From Spirogloea muscicola (taxonomy: Eukaryota): 57,303 bases of DNA. The translations under genes and the position numbers were made by a program. The notes below the pieces were generated by a model, which ran no database searches, had not been told where the DNA came from, and worked only from the letters and a program-made list of their open reading frames with translations. Every line of letters begins with the position of its first letter. The stretch's first letter is position 1. Location: the NCBI GenBank assembly GCA_009602725.1, contig WELB01000001.1:1989096-2046398 (forward strand), given 5' to 3'. Of this stretch, positions 47,375 through 57,303 are shown in pieces.

Positions 47375-47940
47375 GGAAGTGCTCGCCCTTAGAGAAGAGG
47401 GGCTGGCAAAGCCGGCCCAAAAGTAATGGACAACATCCAAAGCGATAACAGAAAAAGATGCCGAAACAGGGACTACACTACAAAACACAAGACGATGCAG
47501 AGGGAAACTCGGATGGACGCTCAGTATCCAAGTATGAGCAACAGCAAATTAGAATAACTCGAAGCAGGATATGCGGCACTTTGACGAGACCCGGAAGCAG
47601 CCATAGCGCGGCGAGCGCGCGCGTGGACTGCATGAGCCAAAAGAGCGCTGGAGCGAGACCGCCAGCCTCATACGAAATACCTGAGCGAGGGAGCCGGCAG
47701 CAATAAAGCCTGGCGAACCAAGCCGTCGCTCGATGGCCTGCCGGGCAAGCCGCTCGAGGAGATCCAACCAGCCACTGCCAAAAGGCCCCGTGAACGTCAA
47801 TGGCGAGGGCCGCGAAGACATCGCCAGGAGGGTGGTCCGCGTACTTGCGCTCCAAACTCCGAGCCGCCAAAGCGACAGCGTGCCCGGCGAGCGTCGCCGA
47901 CTTGGCGGGGTTGGCGGTGTCGACGCAATCTGCAGTCACC
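47375..47940 (-). mobile_element. Family F RLE fragment and 3' end
   Basis: LERKYADHPPGDVFAALAIDVHGAF and AAGSLAQVFRMRLAVSLQRS; UTR TTGTCCATT...GGGCCGGCTTTGCCAGCCC...GGGCGAGCACTTCC. Confidence 0.85.
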
Positions 47941-47979
47941 ACATCTGCGATTATACCGGCGGGATGGCAACTAGGTCAT

Positions 47980-48980
47980 CAATGTCACCCTGGTACCTTA
48001 GGCACCTTAGCATAGGGGAACCGTTGTGTATAGCCTTGTTTATGCTGAACTAGATTCTGCCTGAACAATGTATTGGCTTAAAATTGGCCTCCTTTTGATG
48101 TCATGTGCTCCGCGCGCCTTCTCTTCGGGCTGGCTTTTCAGAGCCCTCGCCTCCTTGGGAAGAAAGTGGCTCCATCAAGGTTCTCCTTACCACTTCTTTC
48201 CATGCGCCATGGACATGTACGCCGACTACGAAACGAAGTGGTCTTCCCTCCTCAATCGCCTGGCACTGCATGTCGATGCCCGCTGACGAAGTCGGGCTGG
48301 TAGCTTAGGGCATCCTAGCATCCCGCAAGCCATGTTGCATGCTATAGAATGCGGCTATTATTGAGTCCACAGCGCTCCCAGGCACTCGCGATACACCAGC
48401 GTGCTGGTCGTGCATTAGCCCAGGCTAATGGCTTCTGTGGTGGTGGTTTAGCTCCTAAGTATAGCTTGTCAGATATGCATGTGCTCACTCGGGGATATTT
48501 AGTGTCCCCCTTAGCTCATTACCCAGTTAAAAGGACATTAATAAGGCTAGAATTGGCCTCGCTTTCAATTTCAAGAGCAACGCGCGCCTTCGCTCATGCG
48601 CCATGGACATGTACGGCAGCTACGGAACGAATTGGTCTTCCCTCCTCCATCGCCTGGCACAGCATGTCGATGCCCGCCGACGTAGTCGGGCGGGTAGCTT
48701 AGCGCATTCTCGCGTCCCGCAAGCCATCGTTCCCTGCTATAGACTGCGGTTATCATTGAGTCTACAGCGCTCGCGATACACCAGCGTGCTGGGCGTGCAT
48801 TAGGCCAGGTTAATGGTTTCCGTGGTGGTCTGGCTATTCAACTTAGCTTGTCAGATTATGTATGTCTCACTCGAGGATATTAGTGCCCCCCTTAGCCAAC
48901 TCATTACCCCGTTACCAGGACATGTGTAAGGCTAGAGTTGACCCCTCTTTCAACATCATGCGCACCGTACGCCTTCTCTC
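47980..48980 (+). mobile_element. Head-to-tail B-related 3' fragments (subfamily G, two copies)
   Basis: PCAMDMY..Y..(K/N)WSSLL.RLA.HVDAR at about 48200 and 48596; QRSQALAIHQRAGRAL...LTRGY; B-like UTR ends at about 48124, 48592 and 48980. Confidence 0.8.
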
Positions 48981-49696
48981 CTTCCGAAGAGTCTGCTTTC
49001 TTCACAAGAGCCCCTTCTTGCGTTCAGTACTGGAGTCCCCCCGGCTGGCTGTTACAGCGCTCGTACAGCTGCGGCATTTCCTAGTTGGGCAGCTACGCTT
49101 CTTCTCGCCATGTCTGTGCCCTTCTTCAATCAGGCATAAGTCAGTCGAGGGCACCGCTATGCAGGGGTCCATGTTGCTCATGTGCTATAGCAAGTCCCAG
49201 CGGACATGTCGTTGAGCCACGAAGCGTACTTGTTCGCACCAGGAGGCCCGACTTTCAAGGTCCTTATGTACATGCAATGATTTGTGATATGGACAAGCCT
49301 GGCAGGAGAAAGAAGGCATGATATGACTTAACCATCTCGTAGAAGGCGCAAATCATATTTCTTTCCCGTCAGACAGTTTGTCAATGAGCACGTTAGATTC
49401 AAATTCATTGCTACAATCCCCCTCTGGTATTTATAGACAGGTGACAGCCACCTGTAGGCGTCTTGATAATCAGGGTGTTCATCTGCTCTGAAAACTCATT
49501 GTCAAGTACCTAATTGATCCTTCTGAATGGTCATTACGCTTCAGGTCACGGCGGTCTATTTACAGTAGAGTATCTTGTCTTACTCCCCTGTCGAAAAGAA
49601 GTAGAGACCGTGCTTGTTCTTATTGTGCTTGGCTACTCCGACTCGTCTGGCGTTATAGTCTGCCAACCAGCGAAGGGAGGCCTCTTGTTTTCAATT

Positions 49697-52016
49697 CTGG
49701 GCTGGCTTTTCCAGCCCCTATCCTCAATGGGCGAGCCCTTCTCTTGTTAAGCTTCCCACTGTCCTTGGCATTTACTTTAACAGGCACAAACCTCCTAAGG
49801 ATTGACTGGAAAAAGTCTATGTCTTCATCAGTAGCAGTCAAGTAGTGCCCCTCTTTCCTGAGGCAGTCAAGTAGTGCCCCTCTTTCCGTTCTGTCACCTT
49901 GACCCCTCTAGTTTTCGCTTGGTTTCTTCTTACAAAAAGCGTACTGGCTTGGTTTGACCTCCCTTTAATGCATGCGCACCGCGAGCGCCTTCTCTCTCTT
50001 CTATGTAGCTTATGCCTGACCAGTGTCTTGGCTTGATTTGGCCTCCCTGTCGTGTCACGCGCACAATGCGCCATTCCTCTGGGCTGGCCTCTCACAACAA
50101 GCAGCAACCCCTCCAAAGAGTGAGAAGGCGCGCGGGGCGCATGAAATGAAAGGGAGGCCAATTCAAGCCAATACATTGTTCAGGCAGAGTCACAGGGCAC
50201 ACTAAACGGGGGCTAAGAACGGGGGCTACCTTGTCCGCAGCCGGGTCACTAGCGCAGGTGTACCGGATGCGCTTGGCCGCCTCGCTGCAGCGGTCGATGG
50301 CCCGCGCGCTGCACCTGCGGGCCGGCAGAGCTGCTGCCTCTGGCTTTGGCAAAGGCACCCACTTCCAAGAGCCTAGCGTCTCTGACCCGAGGCTGCTTAG
50401 CAGGGGTTACTGAGTGATCCGTAGCTGCTTTGTTTCTTTGTGTGCTTGTTCTTCTTAGCGCTTCTGGAATGCGGCTCTCGCTTAGTTTGCAGCGCTCGCA
50501 AGCATTGGCTCTTCATCAACGTGCAGGGCGCGCTCTAAGTCAGGCCTCCGGCTTTCGTGGCGGCGCTCCAGCTCCCCAAGTTAGCTTGTCAGATTTGTTT
50601 GTGCTCACCCGTGGGTACTAATGTCATCTTAGGTACCTTAGATTAGGTCTCCGTATTATGTAGCATTGTTTAGTCTGCACTCGACTCTGCCTGAACAATG
50701 TATTGGCTTGAATTGGCCTCCCTTTCAATTCATGCGCCCCGCGCGCCTTCTCTCTTTGAAGAAAGTGCTCTCTTAGCGCTTCCCCTGGCCCCCTCCTCGT
50801 CCTTTGTTGATTCTTTTCTGGGCTGGCTTTTCCAGCCCCTAATTTTCTTGTACTACGACAGGAGCGTGCCCTAAATCCTGAAGCCTAGAGCGCCCAAGCG
50901 ACGTCCGCGCCCAATGGGGCCCACCCACCACCGAACATTCAGCGCCGCCTCCGCACGTCAAGCAGCACCACTAAGCGAGGCGCAACGTTAGCTCCAGCAC
51001 CCAGCCTCTCCGCCCCCGCCACGGGGTTCAGGGCTTTAGGCCCACCTCACTGCTTCGGCATACTGTCCATGTACTCCAACTTCCCCCTCTGCTTATGTCA
51101 CCCTGTTACCTTAGGCACCTTAGCATAGGGCTCCCAATTTTGTAGCCTTGTTCAACCTGCACTAGATTCTACCTGAACAATATATTGGCTTGAATTTGCC
51201 TCCCTCTTGTTTGCATGCACTCCGTGCGCCCTCCCCCTCTCAGCAATTTGCTGGCTTCCACTGCCGCCGTCCAGCTAGCAAGTTCTTCTTTCCAGCTGCA
51301 AATGCTTCCGGGCTGCGACTGCTGACTCGGGGTCACCAAGCTCCCATAAGAGAACATTAGCTATAGCCACTTGCATTGCTGTGTGCTTTTGGCGCATTTC
51401 GGCTCTTCGGACCTCGTTCTTCTTCTGGGCTGGCTTTTCAACAGTATCCGCTTTTTGCGGCCATTCGGCCTTTTCTTCTTTCATTCCCCGACCTTGTACA
51501 ACCCTTTGGGCTGGCCTCTCATAGCCACTGCCTTACATTGGAAGAGCTGTCTTAATATGACACTGGATGTGTCGTCGAAGCTCGAGCATTCTCTTGTAAG
51601 TCGTGCTCCTGTTAATCTCTGTCTAGTGACGGGTCTGTCACTTCCAGGGAGGAAAGCGCTCGAAGTTGAGTCTCAGCTCAAGGTTATACATTTGCCTTAG
51701 TTTGCCTGGCTGGTTCTTCACAATCAATGCTAATGGGCGTCCCATTGAGCTCATTGTCAAAAGGCTGGCCCGCCGCCTCCATTGGGAACTCCTCCTCAAA
51801 CTCCGTCTTTACCTATGGAGAAGTTCCCTCCTTTCTGACACCTGTGGCTCCTCATGGACAACTCGTAAGCAGTAACATATGTTGTCCAACTTTGAATTGG
51901 TTTTACGGCCATCGTTGAGAGCGTTGCTTCAATCTAACAACTTCCCGTGTCTGAGGAGTCAGCAGAGAGCTCGCCCAACCAGAGGCCAGCCCGTCTGCTG
52001 GGCTGGCCTCTTCTCA
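49697..52016. mobile_element. Mixed-orientation nest of A, B and related 3' ends
   Basis: A tail 49697-49745(+); B tail 50120-50215(-); A-like AAGSLAQVYRMRLAASLQRSMARALHLRAGR...LSRGY* 50235-50413(+); B 50468-50754(+); B-like 51095-51240; hairpin tails at about 50820, 51426, 51508 and 52000. Confidence 0.8.
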
Positions 52017-55000
52017 GTCACCATCTCACCAAAGCCCTACTTTTGATGCTCAGGGCTGAGTTGTCACCTGCAGGTCTGTTAGCTTTGCCAAAGCAGCTGA
52101 CTACCAGCTGCCTCCTCCTGTGCTGCAGCAACGTTGAGCAGATCTTCCCCACAATTGTCTTGGCTGCTACATCTTCGCTTTGACGTCTTTCACACCTGCT
52201 TGTCATGACATGACTTGGGGACAACGCCGTGGGCGTGTGGGCATAAGAGGCTATAAGCAGGGCTAGACCCCTCCTATTGACCTTTCTTGTCATTACCCTT
52301 GTCCTGTGTCCCTGTCGAATGTCGACATATATATACATGGCAAGTATTGGCTTCCTTCAGAGAGGGTAATGGCAGGCCGCTCTCACCTGGCTTAACTCAA
52401 AAGGAGGGTGACTGATCACCATGCTCCAATTAAATCTTCATTGCTGATAACAGCGTCCAGAGACCTACACAAAGTGGGAAGAGAAAAGGATAATACATGT
52501 CAGGTGCATTTGCATCAAATATACCATACATTCTGAGATGAATTATTCATACGCACTTACTCTTTGATACAAACATTCCGTATTCAAATATCTGTTATGG
52601 AGTATGTGTGCGAGTGACCTCGAAGACATATATACCTTCCTTGTAGGAGACAGTGCCTCTGGATCACCGAGCCGAGCCCAAGAGCTTGACAAGTGTGCGT
52701 GGCACAATCTTGAGTCATTTGGATAGCTAATAGGAGACTAGTTGTGCAAGCCATTCAGCGTGGTAGGATGCTCATCTGGAATCTGGTGAGGTCCTCATCC
52801 TCCCCACCATCTATTTCGTAATCACTGGGCTCCAAGTCCTCATCATAACAGCAACTGGGTGGGGACGATCTAATGTGTTTGCGACCCTTCCTTGAGGAGG
52901 CTAAATCCCTCTCATCCGCGAGAGCATTTTCTATCTTGGTAGGAACAATCTGCTCTGCACGCCTATCTTGCTGTTGGTTGACTTCATCAAAGAGGAGGAT
53001 TAACAACGTTGGCAATACTGGACCATGTTGTGGCCTCAAGTGCGCGCCTGCTTGAGCCAGTCGCTTCAAGCCAGCAGTAAAGTTTTGTGGAGCCACTTTC
53101 TGCTCTGACAAGCCCAGACTGCCTGTTTCATGTGAAAGCTGTTTTTCCAACTCTACCAAACGGGTCCTAATCACAGCCAACACCTGCAAGGTGCCTCTTG
53201 ATTCATCACACTGCAAAAGGGGCACATGGGGTTTCGTCAAGCAAAGCAATTGAACAAGTTGCAGCAGCAATGTGAAGACTAGTCAACAATGTCCCTCCCA
53301 AACGGCATGGATAGTTACGACTACCATTCACGGTCAACCATATTATATCAGAGCAACTGAAGCAGCAAAGAAAGACTGCTGCAAGAGCACCTTCATATGC
53401 ACAGCTGCTGTCTCTTTCTTCAAGACGGCCTCAAGCAAGGATGCACAATCCCTGTATCCAGCAAACTCTGCTGCAAACTTGGCGAGAAGAGCTTGACGTG
53501 TGATTGCAACATCCTGAGCTCGCCAAGGCGACTTCTTATGCAAGAGCCGGGACGTCAAGTATGCATGGAGCAGCCGTGCAATATGCCCTAATAGCATGGG
53601 GGCTGCCAAGCAGCAGAAGTCCAGCACAGTCCTGAAATACAGAAGATGTCAGATGGCGTCAGCCTGCTCTCTTGCCAAGAAAGAGGATGGCATCTTATCA
53701 TGCCCCACTACTTGGGAATCAGAAGCTGACCCTGAGCTAAGGTGGGCATAGGGGGTGACTGGAAGCACCTGGACTCCTGCAGTGCCTTGGCTTTCTGGTG
53801 CAAGTCAAGGAGTCCACAGAACACCAGCAATGCCTCTTGAGGCAGCCGCTCGGGATTGCTTTTGGCTTCAGCATGATTGAAGCACAACTCTGTCTCGGCT
53901 TTAGTGCTATCTAGCACTACTGATGGTGCTGTTCTGCCATTGTATGTTGTCATGATGCCCCAAAATGACACAACAAGAGCCTCGAAGAACTGCAGCAACA
54001 CCCAAATTTTCTCAGTGTGTGCAGAAGGTTGCTGAAGTTGCAACCGCGTGATTGTGCACACTCCCTACGCGGGAACTCAGCTGGAAGAAGCTTTGCATTA
54101 CAAGGAGCTACAAAATATAGCTGCCACTTGAGATCTACAGCAAGTTGCATTCAGCATAGTGCAGAGAATAGGCATCACCGCTTGCCATCCAGCTCCTGCC
54201 AGGCTGGGCCACAGAGTCAGCTGTTGATCACAGATGAGTGTAGCTTGTAGAGCTAAAATGAGCACAGCTGCGCCGGCTAGGCACTGCTGCCCTGTCAGCA
54301 ACTCCACGGCTTTGCTCAGGGCTTGCTGCATGAATTCACCAAATGCAAGAACTTGTCAACAGAATCAACGGCTGGAAGGTGCTGAAGGCAGAACTGCTTA
54401 GGACACCTCTACAGAGCATCATTGCTGTGCTAGCATGTCATCCAGCATCAAGAATGACATTCATGTCATGCAGAAGTATCCATCTCCACCAAGGACCAGG
54501 CCTTGCAGGCTGATAAAATTACACAAGTCGCAGGGTTGTTTCAAAAGCAGACACTTTCTGCTTTTCTTCATGTCAAGAAGAATCATTGGACATATACCTG
54601 CTGGTACTCAAGTGAAGTCAAAGTCAGCTTCTGCTTAAAAAGTAGAGGAGATCCCCTTGTGTCCATGTGCCTCGTTTTCAAAAGTAACAGTCCTTGCTTT
54701 TGTGCAACATTTTTCCGAGACTGTGGAGGGAGTTGACTTGGAAACGTATCGAAAGCAAAGGCCAGTAGAAGTGCCACAACCTGCCCAACATGATCAAAGA
54801 GCCTCAGGCCAAATCAGGTCAATCGAGAAGAAAGACGTAGTCCTCAAGCTACAACCCGGCAGAAAGTGACAGATGGGTAACAGATTGTTAACTAGACCTC
54901 AGCCTCAGGAGATGACGCGGTCTTTAAGAGAACTAACTCGAAAGAGACTCTGCAGTATGGTGTGCCCATGTCACTGCAGATGCTTCCTTGCATGCCACTT

Positions 55001-56707
55001 AGTGGTACTTGGATCGAGCTCAAGTTGCTTATACTGCATGCAGACCACAGACTCTGCTTAATACCTCTTGCTGCTTCCTTGGATGACCTCTTACTAGCAC
55101 GCCCATTGTTTCGAGCAGCAGGGCTGCTGTGCAGGCATCATTGGTATCCAATAGTCGTGCTTTCAGCTCGTTATACAGCTGACACGGGTGCAGGTTTCGG
55201 GCAACATCAAGGCCCTGTCCACAAAACATAGAGGCTTCGTCAGTCCTTTGACCTGCTATTTGTCAGATTGTCCAATGTCTTGTCAGTCAGATGAAATATC
55301 AGGCCACAGCCGCTTCTAGAGGAAGTATCGGCAGGGCACATTCAAGCTTTGAACCCGGCAAAGGTGCCTTACAATATCATTGCGTTTCATTAGCTCCTCG
55401 GTGCAATGGAGCAACAAGCTGCGGGAGCAGGAGCACTGGCGGCAGATAGCAAGCATTGCTTGGTAGGCTTGTCTGCCAGGAGATTTAAGTGTGGAGAATC
55501 AGCCTGGAGCAGTTCTCAGCTCGCAAGCTGCCTGCTTTCTCTATGCTTACCGGCAACAAAGGTGACGTATAAAGCTAGAGGAGTTTATTCTTAAATCTTG
55601 AGTCTTTGTCTCATACCTGACAGCTTCTGTTTTTCTGGGCTCTGCCTGCAGGACAAGCACCACAGGCAAAGCAGCGCTGAGCTGCCCTGTGCGACAGTAG
55701 AAGGTAGGCGGCTCGGCGACTGCGACAAATGCGATGCTTGCAAGAGGTTGCTCGTGAATGGGTCTTGCTGCATTCGGTTTGCACATGCAGCCTCCCAGGG
55801 CGCTTCACCTGGAGGCCATGACCCTTGCTAATACGAAGCAGCGCCTTTAGGAGCCTTGAGCCAGAATTCCCAGCAATGCCCTCGAGCTCTCCTGACTCCC
55901 CATTTGCACAACCACCATCTTGGCGAGGACAAGCAGCCTCCAGAGCCTGCCTGGTGAGGAGGCTTGCCAGCCTTTGGAGCAGGGCCGGTAGGAGTCTATT
56001 GGGAAGACAACCGGCGCCCGCGATCGTAGCGGAGCCCATAGTCCAGGACGAGCCGCCAGGAAGTCCCCCCCCTGCTGCTATGTCGCAGAGGATGATGGCA
56101 TCGGCAACGAGATGGGCCGGAAGCTGGACAGTATTCTCTTCCACATGCTCCACCCCCAAGCCCTCCTCCATGGAGACGTGACCCTCCTCCAGCACTGTCG
56201 CCTGGTCCTCCAGCAGGAACAGCAGCTGCAGCTGGACGAGCAACGAGCGCACAATCTCACTGCCCCTTTCGGCCAGAGTGTCACCGGCTGCCACAGAGCC
56301 GGTGTTTGCTCGCCCGGCCCCTCTGTGCTTTGTACTGGTAAGGCATGGCGCCAGTGAAAGGCAGTCGGCGACCATGAGGTGCAGGGACCGTGCATATGCC
56401 ATGCACACTGCCGCCACCATCACGCACCACTCTGCCGGCCCGTCTGCAAAGATTGCTGACTCAGGGTTGAGATTCTCGAAGTATATGGAACTCAAGTTGG
56501 ACACAATGAAGAACTTGGTGCTTCATTGTGGCCAGAAAGAGCTGCTTTCTGCAGCCTCCATCCCAGAGTGGGTGCTCTTCTTCTGCCAGCTTGCGTGCGG
56601 GGAGCTAATGGACTGCAGCAGTAGCCAAGTACACTGCAGAGAGGTGCTCAAGAGCAGAAACATCGGGGTTTCTGTTTGTGAACATTGCAGACTGAGGTGA
56701 CTAGATG

Positions 56708-56765
56708 ATTTAGGATGTAAGGATTAGGGTTCAGGGTTCAAGGATTTAGAGTTAGGGTTTGGGGT
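56708..56765 (+). repeat. Degenerate telomere-like (TTTAGGG/TTCAGGG) tract
   Basis: TTTAGGA TGTAAGG ATTAGGG TTCAGGG TTCAAGG ATTTAGAG TTAGGG TTTGGGG, about 7-bp period. Confidence 0.6.
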
Positions 56766-57020
56766 GGGATGGCAAGGTATGGTACCGGTTGCCGGCCTCC
56801 GCCGCTTCCTGCGAAAGACCTGCCAGCCGTGTGAGGAACACCCGCCAACATCTGCATGCTCTACTTCGTCTCGCTCTATAGCCAATCCCACCTCCGTGTC
56901 AGCAATGCCATTCCTGCCCTCCCTGCTGAAGCGACCTGCATGGCATTCGAGACGATGTCCTGGCAGCTGCGCAGCAAGCTTGACACCGCCTCCTCCTGCA
57001 CAGCAATAAGGCTCCGGGTT

Positions 57021-57065
57021 TGAGATTCTGAGATTCTGAGATTCTGAGGTTCAAAGTTGAGATTC
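57021..57065. repeat. (TGAGATTC)n 8-bp minisatellite
   Basis: Three perfect copies plus degenerate ones. Confidence 0.85.
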
Positions 57066-57303
57066 GAGAATGCAATCTTGAGTGCGTAAATGCCTGGCAC
57101 ACCAGCCGATGCCTGAGCGCAAGGCGGGCTGCACCGGCAAGCGGCATGGCGCGTCACTGAAAGGCTGACCGGGTGCAAACTGAAGGCCGTCTGCAGGCGG
57201 TGGTGCAGCGCGGACGCCAGGCAGCTCGCGCGAGCCCGGGCTTGAGCCAGCGGTGGCACAGGAGGAGGAGGAGGCGGCAGCCTGCCTGCCATCCTCCTCC
57301 GCT

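Larger units (their letters stand above)
52750..57292 (-). pseudogene. Probable decayed multi-exon gene, Leu-rich helical protein of unknown family
   Basis: GC-rich 5' region with ATG at 57292, exon-like Leu-rich ORFs (55611-56504, 54098-54331, 53708-54061, 53343-53627, 52755-53270) and an acidic C-terminus. In-frame stops (e.g. about 56523 and 53343) and apparent frameshifts (about 56925 and 54090). Family not recognised. Confidence 0.45.

Noticed and set aside
49833..49887. Short tandem duplication GCAGTCAAGTAGTGCCCCTCTTTCC
   Set aside because: An ordinary local duplication with no further structure.
43098..50754. LTR or DIRS interpretation of the repeated B ends
   Set aside because: No integrase, RNase H or tyrosine recombinase, and no TG..CA termini. 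The repeats are independent 3' fragments of a non-LTR element.

Overview
This is a eukaryotic, GC-rich, intron-containing window. Plant-type genes with short GT-AG introns suggest a streptophyte green alga, possibly Zygnematophyceae (inference). Nine host genes are recognisable, in order: a DREB-type AP2/ERF factor (+), an At5g28910-like GT23 fucosyltransferase-like gene (-), gluconokinase (+), TMEM97/EXPERA (+), RAD51C (-), AP-1/2 beta-adaptin (+), ALG2 (+), a membrane-anchored bacterial-type SAM O-methyltransferase (+), and a SUB1-like glycosyltransferase-fold gene (-, 5' end in an assembly gap). There is also at least one decayed gene. Intergenic DNA is dominated by a radiation of about 6-7 families of CRE-like non-LTR retrotransposons with a restriction-like endonuclease (RLE). 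These comprise one near-full-length degenerate copy (43.1-47.3 kb) and dozens of 5'-truncated 3' ends, most of whose ORFs end in L(T/S)RGY at or just before the stop. The fragments are nested into each other with 7-10 bp target-site duplications (TSDs), and some insertions are only 10-11 nt long. They pile up almost exclusively upstream of gene 5' ends, usually co-oriented with the downstream gene, and none were seen between convergent 3' ends. Other features are a 252-bp G-rich tandem array abutting the gluconokinase start, a small MITE and microsatellites. All calls come from reading the sequence; no database search was run.
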